A stretch of 64,000 nucleotides of DNA. It comes from Vicugna vicugna. Taxonomy: Eukaryota. The translations under genes and the position numbers were made by a program. The stretch is from positions 372,001 to 436,000 of the forward strand of contig MU058636.1 of NCBI GenBank assembly GCA_013265495.1. Direction: 5' to 3'. Positions 25,030 through 38,559 of the stretch are shown piece by piece. Positions within the stretch are counted from its first letter, which is position 1, and each line of letters opens with the position of its first letter. The notes under the pieces were generated by a model. That model worked only from the letters and a program-made list of their open reading frames with translations. It did not search any database and was not told where the DNA came from.

Positions 25030-26172
25030 AAAAATCTTCATTGAGATAAAATTCCCATGCCATGCAGTTCATTTAAAGTGTGTAACAGTTTATTGGCTTT
25101 TAGAATAGTCACAGAGTTTTAGAACTGTTATAGTCAATTTTAGAATATTTTGACCACCCCCCAAAGAAACCCCTTTATCAATATCAGCCCCCACCCCCCT
25201 CACCCTCCCAGCCCCCCTCACTACTAAACAACCACTGATCTGCTTTCTCGTCTCTGTAGATTTGCCTATTTGGGATATTTTATAGGAATGCAGTCATTAA
25301 GAATATAGTCTTTTTTCTGACTGGCTTTTTTCACTGAGCATCATGTTTTCCAGGTTCACTCCTGTTGTAGCATGTGTTTGAACTTCATTCCTTTTCATAA
25401 CTGAGTATTATTCCGTTGGAGAGATAGACCACATCTATTCATTTTGATGAACATTTGGATTACTGATACTTTTTGACTGTTATGGGTAATACTGCTCTGA
25501 AGATTCAGGTGCAAGTTTTTGTGTGGATTTGTGCATTTGTTTCTCTCGGGTACTCACCCAGGAGCGGAAGTTCTGGGTCAGGAGGTAACTGTGTTGAACC
25601 TTCAGAGGACCCGGCAGACTGGTTTCGAGTGTATTCACCCTTGTATGTTCCCATCAGGGGCGGGTCGCTGTGTCAGTGCTCCAGTTTCTCCACGTCCCTG
25701 CCAACAGTTGTTGTTATGTTTCCTGTGATTGGTTAGCCTAGTGGGTGTGAGTTGGTGTCTCACTGTGGTTCTGATTTGCATTTCCCTGATGATGAATCTT
25801 TTCATGTGCTTGTTGGCCATTTGTGCATCTTCTTTGGAGAACTGTTCAAGTCCTTTGCACATTTTTAATTGGATTATTTGTCTTTTTATGACTGAGTTGT
25901 AAGAGTTCCTTATATGCTCTGGATACAAAGTACTTTTAATTGAAGTGCAATCAGTTACAGTGTGTCAGTTTCTGGTGTACAGCAGTGTCCCAACATGCAT
26001 ACAAAGCATTTTTATTAGATATAAGATTTAAAAATTTTTTTCTCATTCTGTAGGCTGTCTTTTCATTTTCTTGATAGTGTTGTTTGCAGACAAAAGATGT
26101 TGGCTTTGATGACATCCAGCTTCTGTGTTTCTTCTTTTGTCCCTGGTGTTTTGGTGTCATATCTGACAAGCC
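25030..26172 (-). mobile_element. Old L1MB-like 3' region with a nested young L1 tip
   Basis: ORF 25635-25928 has an ORF2-like [25 protein letters not shown] segment; L1MB-type 3'UTR at 25030-25450. Confidence 0.85.
25934..25998 (-). mobile_element. About 60-bp L1 3' tip nested in the L1MB
   Basis: ttttaattgaagtgcaatcagttacagtgtgtcagtttctggtgtacagc flanked by atacaaagtactttt (25923-25937) / atacaaagcattttt (25999-26013). Confidence 0.75.
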
Positions 26173-27298
26173 CACTTTTCTAAGCAGCTGATAACTGTGC
26201 CTTCTTTCCTGGATACCACAGGGGCACTTCAGCTGGGGGCCAAGCAGGTGGCAAGGAGGGTAGAGAGGGTGGGGAGGTGCTTTCTTACAGTCTCCCCCTT
26301 TGTGTCAGCACTATCACGTGGCTGAGTGGGCGGCACCTCCTTTCTACCAGGTGGTCCCAGTCCCGCCCAGAGCCCAGAGTCACGCTGAGAAAGTCATCAT
26401 CCCGAGCAACGGCCACGCTGGTCCATCCTCTGCCTTGGTGGTGAGCGAAAACCAGCCCCACCAGAAATAATAAGAAACAACACCGAAGATCTGGTAAAAC
26501 GCGAATCAGAGCACACCCGCTCTAACTTCATGGCTTTTCAAATGGAAATCAGATCGAGTCTGCTTGGATTCTCGGGGAGGAGCCAGGAAGGCCTTCAGGC
26601 TGGACAGGAGCACGCCCTCTGCCAGGCCAGGTGCTGGAGACGGAAGGAAAACATCTTTTTTCCCTCCTGCTTTGGCCGCTCTCAGAGGGCTTTGTGTCCC
26701 ATCACCCTGTCTCCTTAACCGCTTCACAGGAAGGAGTTCAAACTGGAATTGGCACAGAAAGAGGAAATTTCAAATTAAAGACGGTTACTGTCTACAAAAT
26801 AGAAGCCTTAATTGAGAAGAGGAAGCTAGGACAGGGCACCGTTTTACTGCTCTGGGAGACGTTTCTTGGCTGGTCTCGCACTTAAGATTAAAAAAAAAAC
26901 ATACTTTAAAATAAAAAACACTAACACCTTTTGGATATGCTTCCTGTTCATTGAGAATTTAAACTCAAGTTCAGTTTACTGTGTGACTTCAAACATAAGG
27001 CCGACCTTGATGTTCACCTTTCATCTCTAAGATGTCATAGTTGTGAAAGTTACCCTTTTCTCTAATAATAGAAGAAAATAATTTTTTTTCTGAAAATGAT
27101 TCCTTGTTTCCCATCTGTGTTGATTCAGAAACTTACGAATGTTGTGCAAAAGTGGATAAATCCTTTTAAACTAAAGCAGCAGAAAGAGGAAACGTGTAAG
27201 CATTTGTTGAATATCTTGCTGAGATTGGAATCAAGCTGTTTTGCTAATTACACGTTGTTACACCCACATATTTTCCATGTGGTTAAAAATCCTAGAAA

Positions 27299-27436
27299 GG
27301 GGGAGGGTTTAGCTCAGTGGTAGAACGCATGCCTAGCCTGTACGAGGTCCTGGGTTCCATCCTTAACACCCCTATTTAATAAACAAACAAGTAAACAAAC
27401 CTCCCACCCATTTTTTTTTTAATTTGAAAATTTAAA
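27299..27436 (+). mobile_element. tRNA-derived SINE (vic-1-like, camelid)
   Basis: A box tagctcagtgg, B box-like ggttccatcc, A-rich tail. TSD aaaaatcctagaaa (27285-27298) / aaaagtcctagaaa (27437-27450), preceded by TT (TT/AAAA site). Confidence 0.85.
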
Positions 27437-27772
27437 AAAAGTCCTAGAAAAGTCATGAAATGGTCCACAGAACAGTTAGCAGTCAGTCCAGACTGCAGGT
27501 TACTGTTGTGTCTGGCAGGGACGTTGGCTTGTTGCCTGTTGAGGAGTAAACTGGCTAGTCCAGTAAGCACTTTACTGTTGGCTTGATACTCGCGCACTAC
27601 GTTCCTGGGCGTCGTAGAACAGAGGTTAAGTGCGAATCACGAGTGAGTGAGTGTAGTGCTGCGCCCCAACCCTGTCTCCTCCTTTGCCTCTAGTGTGCAT
27701 CCCTCCTTCTTGGAACCAGGCCCCAGGGAAGCTGGCCGTCCCCTCGTCTTGCCATGTGCACAGCCTCTCAAT

Positions 27773-28168
27773 CAAGTAAGTCAGAAAGAGAAAGAAAAAT
27801 ACCATGTGATACCACACATATGTGGAATCTAAAAAAAGAAAGAAGAGGACACTAATGAACTCATCTGCAAAACAAACAGACTCACAGACACAGTAGACAA
27901 TCTTATGGGACTGGGGGAAAGGAGGTGGGAAGTGATAAATACAGGAGTTTGAGATTTGCAAATGTTAACTACTACATATAGAATAGATAAACGACAGATT
28001 TCTTCTGTACAGCACAGGGAACTGTATTCAATATCTTGTCTAACCTTTGATGAAAAGGAATATGAAAACAAATATATATATATATATGTATATGCATGAC
28101 TGGGACACTGCTGTATACCAGAAATTGACACATTGTAACTGGCTGTACTTTAGTTTAAAAGAAAGAAA
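27773..28168 (+). mobile_element. L1 3' fragment (camelid-type)
   Basis: ORF2 end [18 protein letters not shown] followed by the 3'UTR. Confidence 0.88.
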
Positions 28169-31100
28169 GGTCTTGATTTGTCGTCAGCATCGGACACTGA
28201 GAGCCCCCTGGACCCTCCCCTGTCTGTGATGCCCCTCCCTTCTCCCTGGCCATGTGTCCCCCACCCCTGCCTTGGGCTCTTGCACAGCTTTGAAATGCTC
28301 TATTTCCATGTGTCGCCTTTGGCCTGGTTTTCCCACCTCTCTGCCCTTTCCCTGGTGCGTTCCCTCAGGTCTTATGGCCTCATCCATCTTCTGCATTAGG
28401 GATTCTCAGCACTAGCTTTTCATCATCGGGAAAATGTCAAAAATTTTCTCCTCAAAGAGTTAAACCTAGAATTACTGTATGACACAGCAGTGCCTCTCCT
28501 GGATCGACATCCCCTGGACCGTGAGCTCCTGGGCTGTGCTGCTCTCCCCATTGGTCTCCCGGCGCTGCCGTCTGAGTGGGGGGTACCGCTCTCCTCAGCA
28601 TGGCCAGGGCCTTTTGATAGCAAAATAGGTACCATTTTTTATCTAAGGACCTTTTAGAGAAACTAAACCATAGAAACAAACTATTGTGTCGAGGTTAGAA
28701 ATTGTATCCTCGTAACGTGTTGACCCTTGATAAGTGTTGTCTTTGTCAGTGGGGAAGTAAAGGCCTGAAGAAAATCACGTGGCCTTGCCCCGTGTGTTCA
28801 GCTGGTGACGGAAGCCCTCCCGATGCATCCTGGATCTGGGTGGGGTCGGGGCCTCTGCTCTTAGGTCGCACGGTTGTCTGTCCAGCTCCTGCGTGGGCGC
28901 ATATTTATTGTTGTTAATACTGGCAGTTTCAGATGAAAGGTCTTGCTTTTAACACATCTTTCAAACTGTAGAATTTGTTTAAACCTATTTAGCATAAAGT
29001 CCTGTGGGATCTCTCCCTCCCCGGCGGGTAACAGTCATGCAGAAAACGTGTAAACCATCCTCAGCGGCTAAAGAAGGAATTCTCTGTTTTCTCTTCCTGT
29101 TTCCTTTACTTAAACCACCATTGTTCTTGCTTCCTCATTTTTCCTTTTTCTGTGAAGCTCTTTATTTTTGTCAAAATGGAGATACATTTTTGTTGCCCAG
29201 ACGGGAGCTGAGGGGACGCCTTGGCCTCTTGAGAACATTCAGAAATGTGAGAAGTCCGTATCGTCAGGAAAAGAGTCGTGAAAGAATCATCAGGACTGCC
29301 CGCGCGAGGGAGCTGGTTGGTGCCTCACCGCAGCTCCCCGCGGATGGGGGACACCGGTGGCCACACGGGCAGGTGATGTATTGCTTTCTGCCTCTGGGCA
29401 GGAGATGGAGTGGAAGGAAAGCATCACAGCAGGGGTTTCCCCACGATGTGCAAATTAGGGATCTCAGAAGGCGTCATTTATTTTCTCCAGTGTGTTTAGA
29501 CTTCTGTCTGTCAGGATAGATTCAAAGATAAACAGTACAAACCGACGGTGATAGCACAGCAGTCCAGACGGGCCGGAGAAGAAGGCACGGCGAGCACTCA
29601 GGGTTCTGAAAACTGTGGGGCTGCTTTTTCGAACGCTGAATGATTTGTGTTTCTTGTAGAAAGATGTTAAAAGGTACAGATAAGCCGGAAGAAAGAAAAC
29701 AGCGTCCCTCTCCCCTGGACTGGAGCTCAGGCTGGGAGCAGTTAGTGTCTAAATGCTGATCTTTTTCAGTTAAAAATGCTTTTTCTCAGAAGAGGGTTAG
29801 ACCTTTCACAAGACGGGAAGTGAAAAATTTGTAAACAGTTTCTGTGGCAAATAGTAACGTAAAATGTGTTTTTACCAAGCTTAATAGTGTTCTGTTAGGA
29901 AAACACAAGAGTTTAATTTATTCCTGGTTGTTGGATATTCAGGTTAACATAGAATTTTTTCCCCACTATTATAATGGTCACTATGAGTAAGATTTTTATA
30001 GCCAAATTTTGCACAGATGCTTGATGATTTCCATGAAATGATAATATATTCAAGAGTAGACGACACAGAAGTTTGCAGAAGGGTTTGTGGCCTTGCCCTC
30101 AGAAGGCCCAGTGGCGTGGCTTCGGGAGGGGTGCTCAGGAGTCCACGGGCCGCCCGCTGGGCGAAGTGCTGTCCTCGGTTCAGTCTGCGCAGCTGGGCTT
30201 TGTGAGCCTGACTCTGAAAGGGGAGCAGTTGGCAGATTATTTGGTCCAGGACACCCACATAAGCAGAATCTAGAAAGAAACCGAGATGGCATTTTCACAC
30301 CCTGACAGCATGCCCTTCCCGTGGCGGGCTCCATCCTCACCCCCTTTGTGGACTCTCTCAGGCCTCGGGCTCACCGCACCCAGCGCATCGTCTCGCCCAT
30401 GGGCTGCCCGTGCAGAAGGGAGCCGGCCCCGGCCCCGGGCCCGGCTCAGCCCCGCTGCCGCCCCACCCAGGACACCTCGGGATGCTGTGCGGTGCATCTG
30501 TGTGGCATCCTTCAGCCTGTGGGCCCTGCCCAGAGATCCCTGTCAAGGCAGAGCGCAGACACACGAGTGGGAGTCGCTGCTCGGATTGTGTTTTGCTGGG
30601 CCTCCCCCGGACAGGGACCCACCCACACGCTTGCAGAAGTGAGCTAGTGAAGTGGTTTCTCAGCACCCACGTGCTGAGTTATGTCCACTTCCCCCTTGGC
30701 CGTTTTATTCCGGAGAGGACCCTTGGCTCGGGGGGTGAGCCCGTCCTTGGGGTTGTCTGCGATACAGCGCAGTGTGTGTTCACCCATTTGTTGATTAAGT
30801 GCAATTAAGGGAGAATTCATTTTTAGACAGCTTTTTTTTGGGGGGTGGTTGGCTCTAAAATGAATGCTTTTATTTGAACCGATTAGAGTGATTTTATGTG
30901 GTCCTAACTGGCCTGATTTTACTCTGCTAAAGATGTTACTCTGCTCAGATGTAAGTTTCTCCAGCAGTGGATGGAATAAACACAATTTCCAAACGCCCAA
31001 GGTTTAAGAAATGTTTTCCACCCACAGGTTTTAGTAGTGTCTCTCGAGAGTGAACGTTAGCCTGGGGCAGCTGTCATAGCAGATCAAAAATCGCGTCTGT

Positions 31101-31269
31101 CCCGCTGGGGAGGCTCGGCATGCTTGGAGACTTTGGGGTGTTAATCCAAAGTGGGAACGCGAATTCCTTTCTAAATAATTATTTTTAGCTTTGAAAAAAA
31201 TTTTTATTAAACTTTTGGAAATCAAAGATGCTTTTGGTGGTGGCTTGTGTTTAGAAATGAAGCACTGTT

Positions 31270-32196
31270 AAAAACAAGAAACCCAGTTAAAAAATGGACA
31301 GAAGGCCTATAAAGATATTTCTCCCAAGAAGACATCCAGGTGGCCAACAGGCACATGAAAAGATGCTCAACATCACCAATTATTAGAGAAATGCAAATCA
31401 GAGCTGCAGAGAGATATCACCTCACACCAGTCAGAATGGCCATCATTTAAAAATCTACAAATAATAAATGCTGGAGAGGGTGTGGAGAAAAGGGAACCCC
31501 CTACACTATTGGTGGAATATAAATTGGTGCAGCCACTGTGGAGAACAGTGTGGAGGTTACTTAAAAAACTAAAAATAGACTTACCCTATGATCCAGCAAT
31601 ACCACTCCTGGACATTTACCTGGAGAGAACTCTTAATTCGAAAAGACACCTGCACCCCAGTGTTCACAGCAGCACTGTTTACAACAGCCAAGACATGGAA
31701 ACAACCTAAATGCCCATCGACAGATGACTGGATAGAGAAGAAGTGGTGTATTTATACAAGGGAATACTACTCAGCCATAAAAATAATAAAATAATGCCAT
31801 TTTCAGCAACATGAATGGACCTGGAGAATGTCATTCTAAGTGAAATAAGCCAGAAAGAGAAAGAAAAATGGCTTGTATGTGGAATCTGAAAAAAAAAAAT
31901 GAACTTACTTACAAAACAAACAGACTCACTGGCCTTGAGAACAAACCAGCAGGGAAAGGGGTGGGAAAGGATAAATTGGGAGTTCGAGATTTGCAGATAT
32001 GAATTACTGTACTAAAATAGATGAACAAGGTTCTACTGTACAGCACAGGGAACTATATTCAACATCTGGTCGTCACCTATAATGAAAAAATAGGAAAAGG
32101 AAGATGTGTATATACATGTGTGACTGAAACATGATGCTGTCCACCAGAAATTGACACATTGGAAACTGACTATACTTCAAAAAAGGTTAAAAAAAG
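31270..32196 (+). mobile_element. 5'-truncated L1 (ORF2 C-terminus plus 3'UTR) with TSD
   Basis: ORF2-like peptides (LVQPLWRTVWRLLKKLKIDLPYDPAIPLL). TSD agaaatgaagcactgtt (31253-31269) / agaaatgaaggactgtt (32197-32213). Confidence 0.92.
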
Positions 32197-32335
32197 AGAA
32201 ATGAAGGACTGTTTTCACCTTAAGTGACTATTGCAGGAAATAATTTATACCAGACACTCCACAAGACCAACTTGTGACTTTTAGGGATTTCTCATAATTT
32301 GAGTCCCTTCCAGCTAAGTTGTATGTTATCACTGT

Positions 32336-32498
32336 ATACACACACACACACACACCACACATGCACGCACACTGACACACATGCACACACCACATGTGCG
32401 CGCACACTACACACATGCGTGCACATGCACACACACACCACACGTGCACACTCCACACACATGCGCGCACATGCACACCACACACGCACACACACACA
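32336..32498. repeat. Degenerate (CA)n/(CACG)n tract
   Basis: Directly visible. Confidence 0.9.
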
Positions 32499-33649
32499 AA
32501 TATACGTTATAACTCCTTCAGGTAAAAATTATAAAAATACTTTGACCCGTCAGCTTTGCTCCCCGTGTCCTGAGCTATTGAGATGGTTTAGTGGGGTGAC
32601 ACAGCGCCTGTGATAAAATGTAGGCAAATGGGTTAGTGTAGATTAAGAACACAGGAGGCTCCTCTTTAAGAAGATCTGGTGTAAGTCATCCAAATTAAAA
32701 CTCTTGTTCTGAACAGTTCTGGAAGGTGGTGTCCGTGGCAGGAGTTCCCTTTGGTTGATGATCTTCACACTCCTGTGTCTACACAGAAGCTCAGGTACAA
32801 AAGGAAGGAATGGAGGCCCTTTCCACTTTCTGGGGTAGTCTAAGAATTACGGTAATGTGGTTCCCGCGCTCTCCATCCCTCCCTCCATCCATCCATCCCT
32901 CTGTCAGTCCGCCCTGCTGCCTCCAGCACTGGGGCCCTTAGGAGATGCCAGGTGAGCTCAGAGACATGCCAGTTCTCAAGTTTTTTTCCCGTGTTTCTTC
33001 CTCTTCTCCTTTTTCATGAATGATTAATTGGTTGGCACATGTCATTTTTGACAATTCTGCCTGCCAAATGAAACAGGATGATGTTGGGTCAAACTGTGGT
33101 CCAAGATTCTAAAGTAGAAATTCATGATATTTGGCATCTTTCCTACTTGAAAAACAAACGAGAGAAAAGTTAAGAATGGAGCTTAATTAAACGTGTGGAA
33201 TATTTCGTGAATATTTATGTCCCCAGGTCTTACCTTGTGATAGTATTTGTAGTTAAAGTGCCTTTTTTTCCTTTTTCCTGTGAAGCAGTGCAGAATGTGT
33301 TTCATTAGTACAAGGAAGTGTCATGTTAACTTTCATTAGGAAAAATATTCCGCTTCTCCTGACAACACTGCCGTCTTTCCGATTGAAACTATGCAAAGGA
33401 GCTCTTACCTTAATTGGTCCCAAAGAAAACTACGTTTTCCATTTCCCTGTCTGTACATCTGACACTTTCCCTCATTCATCACCTGCTGAATTGTCAATGC
33501 CTTCCCTCTCCTGGTTCGACAGCCAGGCATTCCTCCTCTGACTTTGAAAACCGTCAGGAGTACTTCACCCTAAAGCTTTGCTGTCCTCCAGCTTGAATAA
33601 AGCACCAGGATTACCGTTGACAACTGCCCACGGACTGCAGGCTTCTTTG

Positions 33650-34230
33650 TTTCGGATTTTGTTTTTCCAGCTCTGCTGAGGTAGAACTGGTGTACAAAAA
33701 ACTGCGTATACTTAACAGATACAATTTGGGGAGTTTGGATACATGCATACACTCTTTCTGCCGTCACCACAAACCAGGTGCTAAACATACCGCCACCTCC
33801 CAGAGCTTCCTGGTGTCCCGCTGGTGTTTTTTCATTTGTTTGTCTGTTTTGTTTGGTGCAGTGACATTACTCAGGGTGAGACCTGCGCTGCTGGCTTTCC
33901 GCTCACAGCCCCTCATGGTGAGCCTCAGGCGCCGCGCTGCAGGCGGGTCTCTGGAGCCCACCCCTCGTGGGTGACTGTACGTTTGTCCCCATCGGACAGC
34001 AGCTCCCCCTGCACAGACCCCTCGCCGCCGCTGCCCCGGTCACCGCCGTTCTGTCATCTTCTACACCTTTGACTCTGTCAGTTGCCTTGTGTAAGAGGAA
34101 CAGCGCAGTGTCCGTCCTTTGAGACTGACTGGCTTCACCAGCACGCTGTCTTCCGGGTCCACCCACCTGTTGCGAGGGCAGGGAGGCTTCTCTGCTTTAA
34201 GCCTCTGTGATGCTGTTTCTTCTGTGTTTA
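33650..34230 (-). mobile_element. Old L1M 3'UTR fragment
   Basis: ctctgctgaggtagaactggtgtacaaaaaactgcgtata...gactggcttcaccagcacgctgtcttccgggtccacccacctgttgc. Confidence 0.65.
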
Positions 34231-35773
34231 CCTTTAGAGAGGTCGCAAGACAAGAGAAGAACATTTAAGTCTTTTGTTTCTCAGGGGTCTTGATATTACA
34301 TTTATATTTAGTCCCGCTTAGGGTTACAAGTAAATTGTCAACAGGAAGTAAGTCAGATGGGTGGAACCAAGTTAAGAATCGCCAGAGCTTAGAAGGCTGG
34401 GCTGGGGCTGAGTTTGATGACCGGCGATGTCTAAGCTTTACAACCGGTGTCACGTGCACAGCTTTGCTGGGCCCACGGAGACTGGGAGCTTCTGCTGAAA
34501 GGCTTGGATTTTGTTGTTTCTTGTTAATTAGCTGTCTGAGTTCCATCAGCTTTCCTGGGCTGACCTGTCTTCAGTGCTAAGTTTCTGATTGGCCTGGAAA
34601 TGAGAGGTGGACAGACAGCCGCTCTCTGCCCTCCTTCTCCCACCCCTTCCATCAAAATCTTGACACCTGGGTCAGCTGAGAAGAACAGAGCCAGCCTTTT
34701 TCGCCTGCTAAGTAAGTTGTCACAGTGGTGTTCTTTTCCTCAGCCACACCAGCCATTAAAGAGCAAAGTACATACACCAGCTTGAAGGTAATCCTTTCAC
34801 AAATGCTGGAATGCCAAGTTAAAGCCATCTGTCAGTCATTTGTGCATTTTCCGTCGTGTTTGTTTTAATGAATAGGTGTTTTCTGAAAACACTAGAGCTG
34901 GAGAAATTAGGAAGTCTATGTTATCACAATATTTTGCCAATTGATAGATAATTGAACCTTAAGTTTTTATTTTCTCTTTAGAAAATCATGATGAACATGT
35001 ATTGAATATTTTTCCGGAAACAGAAAATGACAACAGTAGGGAACAGATGCTTATTTGTGGATAATTGAACATGTGAACGTTTAGTTGTATGTTTAGTGTT
35101 TTTTCAAATCCTGATGCTTCACATCAAAATACTAATTTTGAGTTACAAAATCTGAGAACAAATACAAGATAATACAGAAAGCAGTGAAGTCTTTTTTTAA
35201 AACAGGGGAAGAATGTTGAATGATGCTCATGTACTTTAATGACACTTGGGATCTGAGTTTGTATTCCTCCAAAGCCGTAAGTACGCGTCAGCCCGCCTAA
35301 GTGTCAACACAGCGACTTAAGAATAATAAATGACAAATGCGTTAGGGCTGTACAATGTATTTATACTCAGAGAAGCTGAAGAAGTAAGGCAGGGGTTTGC
35401 TGTGGTCCCATTTGTGTTTCCTTTACTTAAAAACTGCGGCTGAGAGTCTTTAGTGAGTCTGTCGTTGGAGGGTCTTGCAGTTCTACTTAAGAGTGTCCTG
35501 AGCTAAAGATTTCTTTGGAGTAAGTGTCATGTGCATTTAGGTAATGTTACTGATTGGAAAGTAACTGTCTCAAAGCTGCACGTCCCAGCACTTGTTATTG
35601 GTTACTTCTAATCAGGGGAGGTTTTTGGAAGAAGATGAGATTCCCTTTGCAGTTTGTAGAAGGGGATGGAAGCCTTTGACATGGGGAGAGGCTGATTCTG
35701 TCTTCTGTGATGGACCAGGCTGGATCTGAGGAGGGCAGGGCTTCAGAAGGAATTGTGCTTCACAGCTGAGGCA

Positions 35774-36061
35774 GTCTGGGACACTGGGGCCATATCCTTC
35801 TGGGGCATTTGGGGCTTTGTCCTTCTGGGACACTGGGGGCCGTGTCCTTCTGGGGTACTGGGGGCCGTGTCCTTCTGGGGCATTTGGGGCCGTGTCCTTC
35901 TGGGGCATTGGGGGACCTGTCCTTCTGGGGTACTGGGGGCCGTGTCCTTCTGGGGTACTGGGGGCCGTGTCCTTCTGGGGCATTTGGGGCCGTGTCCTTC
36001 TGGGGCATTGGGGAACCTGTCCTTCTGGGACACGGGGGCCGTGTCCTTCTGGGGCACTGGG
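35774..36061. repeat. 25-bp G-rich minisatellite, about 11.5 copies (consensus CCTTCTGGGG[TAC/CAT]TGGGGGCCGTGT)
   Basis: ccttctggg recurs at 35796, 35821, 35846, 35871, 35896, 35921, 35946, 35971, 35996, 36021 and 36045. Confidence 0.95.
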
Positions 36062-36739
36062 TGATGCCACCATCATTCATAAGACAAATTTGTTGCCTTT
36101 TTGACTGCAGGGGGAAATAGGAGTGTTCTGTAGTTGATTCTGGGGAAGCCCTTTCTTTTCTATATTAAGTTCCTTGATGCATGTGCAGCACCTTGCCTGT
36201 GAGCAGCCACTGAAGTATGTGCTCTCCTGTACCAGCTTGTTTTGCTTCCATCAGGTGTGGTTACTAGGCTGCGTTTGGCTTTGGCTTTGTGAGCCAGGCT
36301 GTTGGAGCAGTTTCCCGTGAGAAAAAGGAGTCTTGAATTCCTCTCGGTTTGCACAGGACCGTGGGGCTCTTCACCTGCAAGGTCACCTTCCTTGGTCAGT
36401 GCTGCTGCCCCTAGGATCCCAGAGCCAGGAGGACGAGCCTTGGAGGAAGTCCTTTCTAGGTGCATGCTCAGAACTGGAGGGGACGTCAAGGAAGGTGAAG
36501 AGCCCCCCTTACTCAGTCCCCGGTCACGGTGGCCAGAGGCAGGACTTTGGTGAGGTGAGACTTGCCTGCTGCGCAGTAAGCCTGTCCAGGGCTCACACGC
36601 TGCCTACAAGCGGGGCCAGTCCTGTGGGGTCGCTGAAGCACTGTGGCCTCGCAGGGACTAGGTGATAAGTGACAAGGATCTAAGTGGTTCTCCTCGTACT
36701 TTGCCTGAGACTAAAGACAATGAAAGTAGATGTGATCAC

Positions 36740-37080
36740 TGTGGACTTAATTAGGCCCTCCCAAAATTCGCCTGCTGCAGTCCTGGCCCCTAATGTGACA
36801 GTGCTCAGAAATAGAGCCTTTAAGAGGTAATTAAGGTAAAGTGAGGTCATCAGTGTGGGGCGCTGATCCAAGATTAGTGTCCTTATAATAAGAGACAGCA
36901 GAGAGCTCTCGGGCGCATGTGCGTCGTCTGTAAGCCGGGAAGAGGGCTCTCACCAGAGACCCAGTCGGCCAGCGCCGGGATTGTGGACTCCAGCGCCAGA
37001 ACTGTGGGAAAATAAACTCCTATTGCTTAAGCCAGCCAGCCCGAGCCAGCCAGTCGCCTCGGTTAGGTTCCATGCTGCCC
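36740..37080 (+). mobile_element. MLT1A/B-like MaLR LTR
   Basis: gcctttaagaggtaattaaggtaaagtgaggtcat...gattagtgtccttataataagag...cagaactgtgggaaaataaactcctattgcttaagcca. Confidence 0.8.
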
Positions 37081-38559
37081 ATGCTAATGAGCGTAGTCCT
37101 CACTGTAGCTGTGTTTTAATCGGCTAGAGCCCCCTTCATTGGTTCTGAGTTTGTGTAGGTAAAGGGGTTGGGGGGCGGTGAATGACAGGCGGGGAATTGT
37201 ATGAGCAGGGGTGAGAGCCTCAAGCACACTCCCTTGCGAAATAAACCAGGGAATGCTTTGAATAGAAAGTCACGCCAGTCCACCAAAGGTGAAGTTATGT
37301 CATCTGATAAAAGCAAAAGCAGAAATATCTTCATGGAACTGAAAACTGAATGATGTATTTCGTTTACTATACCAGTCTTCCCTGAGAACTGTCCTAAGAT
37401 TAGTTTGATTTATTTTGTCTTAAGGTAAGTTTAGCAACTTAATCCTTAAAAACAGAGATAGTGATCCCTGGGCTGAATTCCTCCCTTTCCCAAAACGATG
37501 TCTGTTTCTCTTTTACTGAATTCCCAGCTTCGTCAGTTCATTCCATATTTCAGGGTTGATGTAAGCTTTAAGAAGCAGAAATTGCCTCTTCTGTTTCCAA
37601 CTTGAAAGGCACCTTTACAGTTCTGTGTAACAGATTTCATCTTTATCACCGTGTCTATGGTCTTTGCTAGGACTGAGGGGTACGTTTCACTGGCTTAGAA
37701 GTTTTCACCAGTTTATAGGTATTTTGTACTGTTCAAGCATGTCTTTGTGTATGAGAGGATACTGATTTAAAATGAATTTATATTAGCCCACTTCTCAAAA
37801 TCCTGAAGTCAATCTGTGTGATTCTGAGTGCTACCGCTGTCATGTAGATATTTTATGGAAAAATAAAAAACACTTCATTGCTCTGCACTGAGATTCTCAA
37901 GTCGAGGTTGTAGGAAAGCCCAGTGTCGTAGTTGCTAGTGAGTCATAAGTTGTTCCTGTTTATACCTTAGGGCTTTTTCTGTGGCTATTCTGGCAAATTT
38001 AAAAGTCTCCCAAGGGTTATCTCAAATGTAGGTCACATTGTGTTTCTTGAGATAAAAATTATAATGAAATCTGCACATGTGATGAGCGAATTAAAGGTGT
38101 GTGCTGCAAAAGTGTGTCCCGCCTGACACCTCCGTGGGGCTCCTGGTCTGTCCTGGGGGGGGTCTGTCCTCGGGGGAGTGGGGGGAGCAGGATCAATGCA
38201 GCCTCTGTGTCTGTGAAGTCCACAGTCTGGAGAATGAGCTGGACAGGAAGAACCATGTGGATTGAACAATTAGGATTTACCATTTGGTCTCTTGCATTTC
38301 AGTGTGTAGACGCCTTTGGTCGTAGGTAGACTGGATGGTTGAATATACAAGCTTCTCTCAAGCAGGGGCTGGTGCAGATTTCTGTGGCTACTGTTAATGA
38401 TCTGCGTTGATTCATCCAGAGTTTGGTTAAAAGAGAAGCTGTGTGCCCAGCAAAGAGGCCATCTTGTGGCTTCTCATCTCTCTGAGTGATGTGGAAGGGC
38501 CTTGGCAGGAGGCCCCTCTCCCACCAAGCAGGCTGCCGGCCCAGCACCGTTCCAGGCTC

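Noticed and set aside
27299..27372. tRNA-Ala gene (also 61900-62074)
   Set aside because: Degenerate stems, A-rich tails and TSDs mark these as SINE copies.
30164..30185. REST/RE1 site (also half-sites near 52525, 56930 and 57708)
   Set aside because: Only half-site matches, with several core mismatches.
35774..36061. Regularly spaced repeats as a CRISPR array, or the overlapping ~100-150 aa ORFs as a repeat protein
   Set aside because: Units are contiguous with no unique spacers, the context is eukaryotic with no cas genes, and the ORFs result from a stop-free repeat unit.
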